Of a stretch of DNA of 64,000 nt, positions 9,323-18,557 are shown one piece after another. The position numbers and the translations under genes are program-made. Numbering within the stretch: the stretch's first letter is position 1; every line of letters begins with the position of its first letter. The notes beneath the pieces are model-generated. The model worked only from the letters and a program-made list of their open reading frames with translations, searched no databases and was not told where the DNA came from. This DNA is from Ministeria vibrans ATCC 50519 (taxonomy: Eukaryota > Protista > Filasterea), in contig CALSCP010002427.1 of NCBI GenBank assembly GCA_943704425.1, positions 1 to 64,000 on the forward strand, in the 5' to 3' direction.

Positions 9323-12300
9323 TTACACAGTGGATTCGAAGCGCTTCCCAACAAACCTGGTCAGGTCGCTTTCGTTGTGTGCTCGGCACGCCTCGGAGGC
9401 GCGCAACCAACAGTGGTGTCCGTAGACACATGTGAGATTAGTGTAGGTGTTGCGTTGGTGCCGTGCCAGATCGTTGACTGTCCGCGTGTACATGCGCAGC
9501 TTGTCAAAGTTGATCATGTCATCGTTCACCAGCGATGGGTTGCCGTCGCCAATGAACCGCAAGTCCTTCATGTGCACGGGCAGCAACGGCACTGCCGGCT
9601 CATGCTCCTCGAGGCCGCCCCAGTGTTGGCGGTACGCCTTCATGTTGCGCAGGGGCAGTACGAGGGAGCGCAGTCGGCTAAACTCGTTAAAAGCGTTGCT
9701 CGACATCTTGCGCCATGCGCCATCTTGCGAGCGCACCGCGTCCATCGTGAGTCCGCTGACAATGGCCGCCGCGCTAAAGAAATTGTTGCGAGCGAGGCAG
9801 TGGCCACCAACCATGACGAGGAATTCGAGCGTCGCGACCGTATCCACTTCATTGAGCTGGGTGAGTGCCTGCGTCGCACACCAGTACGCCTCCGTGTCAA
9901 AACGCATCACAAAGTCCTGCATGGCAGCGCCCTCCAGCGCCGGTCCTTGCATGTCGCTTATGGACGCGTAAAATTGGTCGGCGGCGCGCCGCATCTGGTC
10001 GCCGAGGAACTCGCGACGGGGTACAAGACGGTAGGCGGCGTGATCGTGTTCGGTGAGTGCGTCCGCGAGCTCTTGTGGGCTCATGCCGGACTCGAGGATA
10101 GACATGGGACGACGCAGCAGTGCCGTGGGACGCGCACGAGCGGCGCGCACAGCAGCGGCCGCGGTCTCCGAAATCGGCGGCGGTGTGGACGGCATGGGAC
10201 CCGTGACGCAACCGGAGCGAAGAGGCGACTGCGGAGAGGAGGTGGGTGCGGGAGAGGCGGTACGTGCGGTAGGGGTGCCAGGCTGGGAGACCACATCACG
10301 GTCGAGCCAATCGGATTCAATGAGACGCGTGCGCAGTTTAGCCGAGTCGCACACTTGACGCCACTCGAGGTCTTTGATGTGCGAGACGAAATGCGCGGCT
10401 GCCGTGCCGAAGCCGTGTGCCTCAATGAGCGCAATGAGGCGGTCAAGACGCTCGCGAAGTCCCGCGCACTGTACAAAGTCGCTCCAATAGTCACACATCC
10501 AAGTGTGTGCGACAGCCATGACTTTGCGCTGGATCACACGCTTCCACCGCACGTAGTAGGCCATGCCGGCCGCGTCGCTCGTCTGCGGCAAGGCAGTGAA
10601 ACGTGCGAGAAGCATCTCAAAAAAGACAATGCGATTCATCATCATGGGATGAGTCAGCAGCAGCGTGTCCAGGTAGATGCGGTCAACGTCCTCCTCGGCT
10701 GCAAGCAGCTCGACCAATCGCTCTCGACGGCCCGCCATGACCACGCCCAGCGAGTTGGGAGACATCACGTCGTGGCCTTTATGCTGCACAATAAGCGTGT
10801 CGAGTCCATTCTCGTTTACAAACAGCGTCGACACCTCGTGCAAGTCTGCCTGGCTTGAGCACACATTGAGTGCCTGAGAAATGCGCGTCTGGACTTGCGA
10901 CGCAGGCGAGTCGATTGGACTTGGTGGGTAGACGGGAGTCGTGGAGGTGCTCTCAGCGAGCGTGGCGGGTGCGACGGAGGTCGGAGATGAGTGACGGTTA
11001 AACAGGTTGGGGGAGGAGAGAGAAGTGCGTGCGCGACGAAAGAGAGACGGTGATGATGCACTAGCGGAGGCGGCCACGGCGGCAGCGGAGGCAGCTGCCG
11101 CTGCATCTGCGGTGTTTAGGCGTCGGCGAGTGAGGAGGGAAAGAGCGCGAGGGGATGCAGACTTGACCGTTGACATTGTTGTTGTCGGTTGTGTGGGTGT
11201 TGTTGGTTGCTCTGGCTCGTGGATCGATTCGTCAAGCGAGATGGTCGACTGGCGAATGACCTCGGGCACCGAGGCAGAGCGGCACGCCTGCGGAAGATGA
11301 GATTGGGGGGAAACACTGCGAGTGCGGGCTGGGGCGCGGGGGATGGGTGCGTTAGCGAGGGAGGTATGATGTGACGCCTGTAATGCAGCGGTGGTGGAGG
11401 TGCTGCTGCTGCTGCTGTTGGTGGTGGCAGTGGCAGTGGCGGTGGTGGTGTTGGGAGACAGTGGTTGAGAAGGGACGGGATCGTGCGTGGTGGCGGAACG
11501 ACTGCTGAGCACGAGGGAGTTGGGTCGCGGTCGTCTCAAAATGTTGGACGAGCCAATGAGGCGTCCAACGAGTCCCAGGAGTGAGTCCTGTCGGGCGGGC
11601 GCAACACGCGTGCGTGGTTTGATGTCGCCGGAGCGGTCGGGAAACCGAATATTTGCATCGTCCACGGTGCGTACACTCACGTCGTGACTCGACCGACCAA
11701 TGGTGCGCGGCGAAGGCGTCGAAGGTGGCACGACGCGAAGCAAGACAGTTTCCGAGATGGACCGGCGTCGCGGATGAGGCATACCCATAGTGTGACCTGT
11801 GCTCGAGGCGCGTCGTCGTGTCTGAAAGTTAGAACGTCGCGCACCGAGTGGCGGGGGCGGAGGAGATGACACCATGTCGGACGTGCACGACGTGGTGGGC
11901 GACGGGGGTGACTGCGCCGCCGCCTTGCATGCCGCCAGCGCCCCAACAGCCTGATGCGACGTGTGCGGGGCACGGTTGAGTCGTCGCGCGACCGATGTGA
12001 ACGTCGACACGCCCACCTTGAGTTGAGCACCCACAAGCGACGCTTCGTCGACAGGCAGAGAATCAAGACTCATGTCGCTACCAAAGCTTTTGCGCGCCAC
12101 CTCCTCCCAGCCCAAGTCCGAGTCGGCCCGCCTCAAAGCTGATGGCGGTGACGCCGTCGCATCACACTCCACGTCCATAATGCTGTCAGGGGTAGGCGTG
12201 AGTCCGGGCGAGCTGGCGGTCGGGCTACCGGGGTTGCAGCCTTGCAGCACTTGACGAAGCGAGCGGTTCGTTTCCACCGTGGCAATTTGCGACCAACTGG

Positions 12301-12757
12301 GCTCACGCAGAAACGCCAAGGCGCTCACCATGGCCTGGTACCACCCTTCGCACTGGGATGCCGATTCAAAGGTCGCCGACAGGATGAGATCGCCGGCTTC
12401 CAGGGTCAGAAGCGACCCGGTCCGGTTCGCACAAATGCCCGCCAATTCCAACGGGGGCACGACCAAGCTCGCCCGCTCGTCGTTCCCGTCGCGGCCCTTG
12501 TCGCGGCCCGCAGCAGTGAAGTAGGGGCTGCCCTCCACAAGGAGCGCATACTCGGGAAGACACACCAAACAGGCATTGGCGCGTGCACCCGACGACGACA
12601 CCGCCTCGCTTGGAGTTGGAATGGCCGACTCCACCCCCTCAAGTGGGTACGGTTCGACGCGAACCGGCGCCACACTGATCGAAAACGTACGCAGTTGCTC
12701 ATTGCATATCACAACGGGGTCGCGCCGTGCGAGTTTGGCGCGCGAGCGATCATGCAT
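9323..12757 (-). CDS. Ras-family guanine nucleotide exchange factor (PH-like N-terminus, long Ser/Pro/Thr linker, REM, CDC25 domain of RapGEF type); 5' end possibly incomplete
   Basis: REM: TLLLTHPMMM and KVMAVAHTWMCDYWSDF. CDC25: ELADALT, RFDTEAYWCATQ, NNFFSAAAIVSGL, PLRNMKAYR and PAVPLLPVHMKDLRFIGDGN...INFDKLRM. PH-like: FESASQCEGWYQAM. The ATG is immediately preceded by a poly-T...CTAG acceptor-like site next to the gap. Confidence 0.92.
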   Translation of the reverse strand: MHDRSRAKLARRDPVVICNEQLRTFSISVAPVRVEPYPLEGVESAIPTPSEAVSSSGARANACLVCLPEYALLVEGSPYFTAAGRDKGRDGNDERASLVVPPLELAGICANRTGSLLTLEAGDLILSATFESASQCEGWYQAMVSALAFLREPSWSQIATVETNRSLRQVLQGCNPGSPTASSPGLTPTPDSIMDVECDATASPPSALRRADSDLGWEEVARKSFGSDMSLDSLPVDEASLVGAQLKVGVSTFTSVARRLNRAPHTSHQAVGALAACKAAAQSPPSPTTSCTSDMVSSPPPPPLGARRSNFQTRRRASSTGHTMGMPHPRRRSISETVLLRVVPPSTPSPRTIGRSSHDVSVRTVDDANIRFPDRSGDIKPRTRVAPARQDSLLGLVGRLIGSSNILRRPRPNSLVLSSRSATTHDPVPSQPLSPNTTTATATATTNSSSSSTSTTAALQASHHTSLANAPIPRAPARTRSVSPQSHLPQACRSASVPEVIRQSTISLDESIHEPEQPTTPTQPTTTMSTVKSASPRALSLLTRRRLNTADAAAAASAAAVAASASASSPSLFRRARTSLSSPNLFNRHSSPTSVAPATLAESTSTTPVYPPSPIDSPASQVQTRISQALNVCSSQADLHEVSTLFVNENGLDTLIVQHKGHDVMSPNSLGVVMAGRRERLVELLAAEEDVDRIYLDTLLLTHPMMMNRIVFFEMLLARFTALPQTSDAAGMAYYVRWKRVIQRKVMAVAHTWMCDYWSDFVQCAGLRERLDRLIALIEAHGFGTAAAHFVSHIKDLEWRQVCDSAKLRTRLIESDWLDRDVVSQPGTPTARTASPAPTSSPQSPLRSGCVTGPMPSTPPPISETAAAAVRAARARPTALLRRPMSILESGMSPQELADALTEHDHAAYRLVPRREFLGDQMRRAADQFYASISDMQGPALEGAAMQDFVMRFDTEAYWCATQALTQLNEVDTVATLEFLVMVGGHCLARNNFFSAAAIVSGLTMDAVRSQDGAWRKMSSNAFNEFSRLRSLVLPLRNMKAYRQHWGGLEEHEPAVPLLPVHMKDLRFIGDGNPSLVNDDMINFDKLRMYTRTVNDLARHQRNTYTNLTCVYGHHCWLRASEACRAHNESDLTRFVGKRFESTV

Positions 12758-12801
12758 CTAGTTCGATGCGAAAAAAAAGAGAAAAAAAAAAAAAAAAAAA
12801 A

Positions 12802-12811
12802 NNNNNNNNNN
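12802..12811. other. Assembly gap (10 N) between a poly-A tract and a (TAA)n array
   Basis: Run of N characters. Confidence 1.
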
Positions 12812-12917
<106 letters not shown>

Positions 12918-12951
12918 TTTCTTTCTCTGCGTCTGTGTGTTCATAAAAAAG

Positions 12952-14095
12952 CGCTCGTTTGGAGCGGTTTTTGCAAATGTCCGATGACGATGAGCAAGGG
13001 TTTCCGGGTCTCAGTCCTGCCACGGCCGAGAAGCAGATCCGCAAAAACAACTGGGTCGTCGTCAACATCACCGAGCCCGCAAACTTCTTCCATGTCCTGC
13101 GTCGTCAGGTCTTCCGCGGTAAACAAACACGAGAGAGATAGAGGGAGACAAACAAAGTGATAGATAGAGAGGGAGAGAGAGAAGAGAGGGAAAGAAACAA
13201 AGTGATAAAGAGAGGGAGAGAGAGAGAAAGGAGGGAGAAAGAAACAAAGTGATAGATAGAGATAGAGAGAGAGGAGGGAGAAAGAAACAAAGTGATAGAG
13301 AGGGAGGAAGAAAGTGATAGAGAGAGAAAAACAAAGTGATAGACAGAGTGATAGACAAAGAGAAACAAAGTGATAGATGAAAAAGTGACACATGCACGCC
13401 AACTCACTGTCTCAACTGTGCTCCACTTACAAAATATGTCTCCTCTGTAGACTTCCGCAAGCCTTTGATTGTGATGTCGCCCAAGTCGCTGTTGCGCCAC
13501 CCGCAGGCCAAGTCGCCCCTGAGTGCCTTTGGACCCGACACATCGTTCCAGCGTCTTCTTACGGATCCCCACGCCGCCCCCGAAAGCGTCAAGCGTGTTG
13601 TTTTCTGCACTGGAAAAATCTACTACGAACTTGATCAGGTATCCCTCATAATAGGGATTGGCCCATTTCTTATGCAACGTAATGATGGTTGTTTGTTCAG
13701 GTGCGCACGGAGGAGTCATTGTCGGACGTTGCTCTTGTGCGACTGGAGCAGATCGCACCCTTTCCCTTTGACCTCGTTGCCGACCAGATGAAGAAGTACA
13801 ACAAGGCGTCTGAGGTTGTTTGGTGTCAGGAGGAGCCCAAGAACATGGGAGGTAAAATAAAATAAAATAAAATAAGGAAACCCCAACCGATGACAAGTCC
13901 AAATGTCATCGCACTCACTGTCTTGGCTTCTCTTTTTTCACAGCCTGGGCCTACGTACGACCGCGCTTTGAGACGGCCCTTGCCGGGACCCAGCCGGCCT
14001 ACGCGGGCCGTGCGCCGTCGGCTGCCACTGCCACGGGCGTCAAGGCCACCTTCAAGACGGAACAGCACGATTTGATTGAGGCCGCTCTCAAGTGA
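12952..14095 (+). CDS. OGDH: 2-oxoglutarate dehydrogenase E1, last four exons only (12952-13118, 13451-13638, 13701-13851, 13944-14095)
   Basis: Spliced translation ARLERFLQM...[31 protein letters not shown]...[12 protein letters not shown]...RLEQIAPFP...[18 protein letters not shown]...[11 protein letters not shown]. All introns are GT-AG with consistent phases. Confidence 0.96.
13130..13390 (+). repeat. Complex minisatellite ACAAAGTGATAGA(GA)n within an OGDH intron
   Basis: About 7-8 copies of AAAGTGATA separated by GA-rich spacers. Confidence 0.9.
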
Positions 14096-14162
14096 TTGAT
14101 TTTTTCTTCTTCTTTATTACAACGTGTCTCCTTTTTTTTGTCTTCAATTGGTGATTTTTTGT

Positions 14163-14871
14163 TTACGCGGTACGCACTAGGAAGCTCATGGCGACCATGC
14201 CGAGAAGGAACGACAGGATGATTTGAGAGCGTGGAGTGACAAGAGCCAGTAGTGACAAGGGAAAGGCCGAGTCGTCGAAACTCATTGCAGTGGGATCGAG
14301 CGACAAGACAAAGAGGGCCATTGCAATGAGCATCAGCACAAGAGCTACAGCCACAAGGTGTCGTGTTGATCTAACGGAAGCGGGCGGCTGTGCGGTGCTG
14401 GATGTGCCGCTTGGCACTCGCAGCGGCGCCTCTCTCTTCGTCGGCGCGGGTGGATTCACAAAGGAGCGCACTGTGCCGCGCTTCAGTTCACGGCCGTCGT
14501 TGCTTGCTAACACTATCAATATTGTGTCCTCAGACGGCGGTTCGCTCGTCCCTACGGGCGTCTGTACGCCGAAACACCAATGGCAAGTTCAAAAAAGTGA
14601 CTTCTCGCCAAAGTGTGTCTTACACGTAAGCGGATCGCTACTGTGGCGAGCGCTCCCGGCTCTAGTGGACCCCGAGTAGGACGAACCGAGTACCTATCGG
14701 GATTGGTGCACTGCAAGCGCTGTCAGTTTCGCAGGATTGTGTGTGGACGTTTGTGCCTACTTTTAGTCGAAACTCTACGGGTAGACTCAATGTATTTCGG
14801 ATGGTGACACTCGTTGAGCTCTGTGTCGGTGTAAATCGTATTGATTCTGGCGAGAAATAACTTCGGGACAT
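14163..14871 (-). CDS. MOSPD1: MSP-domain membrane protein, MOSPD1/3-like. Exons 14871-14761, 14710-14624, 14561-14163
   Basis: Spliced TIRNTLSLPVEFRLK|CTNPDRYSVRPTRGPLEPG is an MSP domain. Two C-terminal TM helices end QIILSFLLGMVAMSFLVRTA, similar to the MOSPD1 C-terminus. Both introns are phase 0 GT-AG. Confidence 0.82.
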
Positions 14872-14973
14872 GGGATAGAGCGAAGGAGAAGAATATCAAG
14901 TGAAGTGATTGATCATTGAGTTGATCGCTCACTTTTTCTTTTTTTGCTTTGACTTAGTGTATTGCTGTTCTTC
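14872..14973. promoter_or_regulatory. Putative bidirectional promoter between MOSPD1-like and LSM8
   Basis: Only 102 bp separate the two divergent ATGs. Confidence 0.6.
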
Positions 14974-15723
14974 ATGGCTGCCCTTGAGCCATTTGTGAAC
15001 AAGCTGTGTAGCGTGATCACGAATGACGGTCGTGTTATTGTTGTAAGAACTCTTGCGTCCCTCAACTCCCTTCTCCAAGTGTCTCCGTTGCGTCCAACTC
15101 TTCCAACACTACTGCCAGTAACTTTGCCAGTGCGTCAGATGCGTTTATTCTGCTTTTGAGGTTGTTTGCCAGAGAAACGTTGCTTTCAAAAAAAAGAACA
15201 AAAAAAACGTCGCGTTTGCTGTCGCTTCCTGGGCCTCACTGTGCCCGACCCATGCCTATTCTCTTCCGTTCACGTGTATTCCACGGAATGCCTTTGCATT
15301 CAAGCAGCGTTTCATCTCGATTGCGTCCTTTTGAAACACTTCTCGTATTATATTGCCCTCTCTCTTTCTCTCTCTCTCTCTTTCTCTCTCTCTGTCTTTC
15401 TCTTTCTCACTCTCTCTCTCTCAGGGCCAGCTCAAAGGCTTTGACCAAACGCTCAATGTCATTGTAAGCGATGCACACGAGCGTGTCTTCAACGGCGCCT
15501 CCGGTGTGGAGAAGGTTCCTCTTGGACTCTACATTGTGCGTGGAGACAACATGTAAGGCGACATCATTATCATGTTTGTGAATGAGAGCCGAACACTCAC
15601 ACTCTGCAAAACGGTGCGTGTCTGTGGCGTAGAGCAATAGTTGGTCTTGTCGATGAAGAAGAAGACACTAAAATTGACCTTGAGAGTGTCCATGCCGAGC
15701 CCCTGCCTCCCATCGTACACTGA
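14974..15723 (+). CDS. LSM8: U6 snRNA-associated Sm-like protein LSm8. Exons 14974-15042, 15425-15552, 15633-15723
   Basis: Spliced MAALEPFVNKLCSVITNDGRVIV|GQLKGFDQTLNVIVSDAHERVF...VPLGLYIVRGDNI|AIVGLVDEEEDTKIDLESVHAEPLPPIVH*. All introns are GT-AG. Confidence 0.97.
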
Positions 15724-15773
15724 ATTAAAAGCGTTGTTGTAATGATTGTAATCTATTCATTTTTTTGTTTTCT

Positions 15774-17129
15774 TCATCGAATCCATGCACCCTTCTCAAT
15801 CTTCTGCGGAAGCAGCTCACTACACAATGTGTCCAAAAAGCACTCAATCTCCGCTTTCCGCCCCATTTGTTGCATTGCCTACCAGAATAATTATCATTAA
15901 TTAGCGTGTCTGAATCAATTCTTGTGTACCTTCACTTCTTGGAGCCACTGCGGATCAGCCTGTGTCAATTCTGCACGCTCTCCCAACAGCTCCAACCGGC
16001 GGCGCTCCACGTCACTCAAGTCCATCTGTAACTCCCGCGGTACTCTTAAAAATAAATACATGTGCAACATTATTTTTGTCTGTGTGTCTTTGTGGTGTGT
16101 GTTTATTGTTGTGTTTGTTCTGTTGTTTGTTGTTTGTTGTGTGTTTATTGTTGCTTGTTGTTTGTTGTTTGTGTGTGTGTATGTGCGTACCGAGCAAGAT
16201 CCGCTGCGTGCACTCCAATCCAAACTGCATCCCGATTGGCCAATCGTCGTGCGTCTTCTTTTAGTTTCTACTTTCAATCTGTTCATTCACCTTTCTCACG
16301 CAGAGGCACACCTTTTTACCTGACTTCCAAATTTGTATGTCAAGGCAATTTCAATGCCGGCCGGATCATAATCGACGAAGATTAATTGTGGCAGTGCAAA
16401 GTGCTCGTGTAGAATCATCAGTAGCTCGCGTGTGGGAATGTCAGGAAACCCACTTCCCTATTAGTTCGGCGAAGCAAGCACACTTTCAGTTTTGCAGGGA
16501 AAAAAATTTATTTTTTTGTTTTGTTTTTGTATATTTTGTCCTCACCGTGACGAGCAGACAAGGACCAACACGCTCCACAAAGTGCTCCTCAAGAAGACGA
16601 TGGAAAACGGTCACTTTCTCAACCACAAACACAAACTGAGCACTCGTTCGCCATTCTACACAGTCGTACTGATCAAGAAACCTCGTTCACCTCACTCCAT
16701 TTTATTTCGTACGCCTCATCTTGTGCGGAGCATTGGGAATTCGTGAGCCCTACACACAAACGATTGTTCCCCTACGGTTTGCGTTTCTTTGTTTGTACCG
16801 ACTCAGGACACTCTCGACAATCAATTACTCTGCCGTCCCCATTGGCATACGACAGTGGCCCGTAGACAAGACCGCGCGGAGGAACAACCTGTCACATAAT
16901 TATGTATTTTTTTTGTTCTTTTTTCCGCGCACAAATTCTCTCGGGGCGTACGACGTGCAGACTGGTGCGGGAACAGCCAATGGCCCGTGACAGTTTGTGA
17001 AGGAGTGCTCGCACCACCTCCATGCTCCCCAGCTCCTTTTGCGCGCTGTAGTATATGTCGCGAGGCGTCGTGTACGTATTGCCAACAACGTGCGCAAGGA
17101 CAGTGCGACACAGAATCAACAGTCGTTCT

Positions 17130-17165
<36 letters not shown>

Positions 17166-17398
17166 GTTGGAAAGAATGCATTAAAGCGTCAGCTTTTGGA
17201 ACCAAGGAGATTCTACTTAAGAAATATTACCTGTCGTGTAAAAATTTCTAGTGTATCGAAGCGACATACTGAACAAGGGACAGAAATAATAAAACAAAAC
17301 GTCACTTTCTTTTTTTCTCTATCTGCTTACACGATCCCCTTCTTGAACTCAGGCAGACGGCCCTGTGACAGCGGATGCAAAAGAGAGCGAACAAAGGC
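15774..17398 (-). CDS. SPO11: Spo11 / topoisomerase VI subunit A. At least 10 exons (17398-17331, 17268-17231, 17127-16952, 16888-16799, 16749-16713, 16655-16546, 16457-16320, 16267-16191, 16044-15930, 15878-15774); first exon (probably 17500-17640) unresolved
   Basis: Winged-helix TPRDIYY (catalytic Tyr), RGLVYG, Toprim FVVEK..F.RL, TGSGFPDIPTR, IFVDYDPAGIEIALTYKFGS, WIGV and KAEIE...KIEKGAWIR*. All nine introns are GT-AG and every phase closes. Confidence 0.93.
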
Positions 17399-17438
17399 CT
17401 GTATCAGACCAATGGTTGCGTGTCTAAACACACGCGAT

Positions 17439-17439
<1 letters not shown>

Positions 17440-17491
<52 letters not shown>
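17440..17491 (+). repeat. (GT)n microsatellite, probably in the first SPO11 intron
   Basis: About 26 GT units. Confidence 0.95.
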
Positions 17492-17492
<1 letters not shown>

Positions 17493-17794
17493 AGAAACGC
17501 GTTTCCATCTTGTTTTCTGACCGATTTTCTTCAGACGTCTCTCCTTCTGCTCGCTCTTGCGGAAATATTCTGTCTCGGATACGCTGCAAAGTGCCTTTTT
17601 GCTGCAGTTCTACGTGCAGGGCTCTTATCATCAATAAATAAAAAGTGTAATGTAATCAAAGAAATCAAAATGCAATTGCTATTTCATTTTTATCAAGTCA
17701 TCGTCATGAGAAGCATTATTTTGTTTCGCTTCTCATTTTTTTTATAGTATTAATTACTAATTCAATTAGAAACAACTATTATTGTTTTATTCTC

Positions 17795-18505
17795 TCATTG
17801 CACTACAGCAACGGCCAGCACAAGCTCATGGCCCAAGCGTGTGGCCACCCCGCGGACAATTTGAACACGAACAGTGTTGCAATCCACAACACACACAAAA
17901 CACAGCCAATAGTGCTCGTTGAGGCGTCGAGCCCATTCAATCTCATTGAGACTGATCGGAAAGATCATTCGATCGGCGTGCGTTGTCGTTTTCACCTCGA
18001 CGAACACGGCGGAAGTTGGTTCGCTTTCAGTCATGAGCCACTGCAAATCAAATGGACATCCACTTTCCTGCACTTCGTTTACCCACGTAACTTCAACTTT
18101 GAATTTAGCCGCAAGACAGCGTTGTGCATAGCGCTCTCCCCATCGGCCCAGTGCCACAGCGTCGTCACACACTCTCAATGCATCCTCAATCTGAATATCC
18201 AACGTCGAAAACGCAACCGGAGCACATTCTTCAAAAGCATTGAGTTCCACATGTCCCTCAGACGTAAACGACGACAAGTTCAGCGTCAGCTCGTCTCTTG
18301 TGTCGTCCCTCCTACCAACACCATTCCGCGATGTTCCCTCCTCCTCACATTGCAAATGTGACTGGGCGTCATCTGTGCCCCCAGCTCCAAAGCCCCCATC
18401 CTTCAGCACACCGTAGCTGGTGACCACCGCACTCGAGACGGATGCACTTCCTGTGTCACATTTGCCATTCACGCTACCGCCACCACCGCCACCACCACCA
18501 CCACC

Positions 18506-18557
<52 letters not shown>

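Noticed and set aside
9377-10858. 493-aa + strand ORF
   Set aside because: It is the antisense shadow of the RasGEF catalytic region.
13130-13390. CRISPR-like repeat-spacer array
   Set aside because: The core is only 10-12 bp, the spacers are low-complexity GA runs, it lies within a eukaryotic intron, and no cas genes are present.
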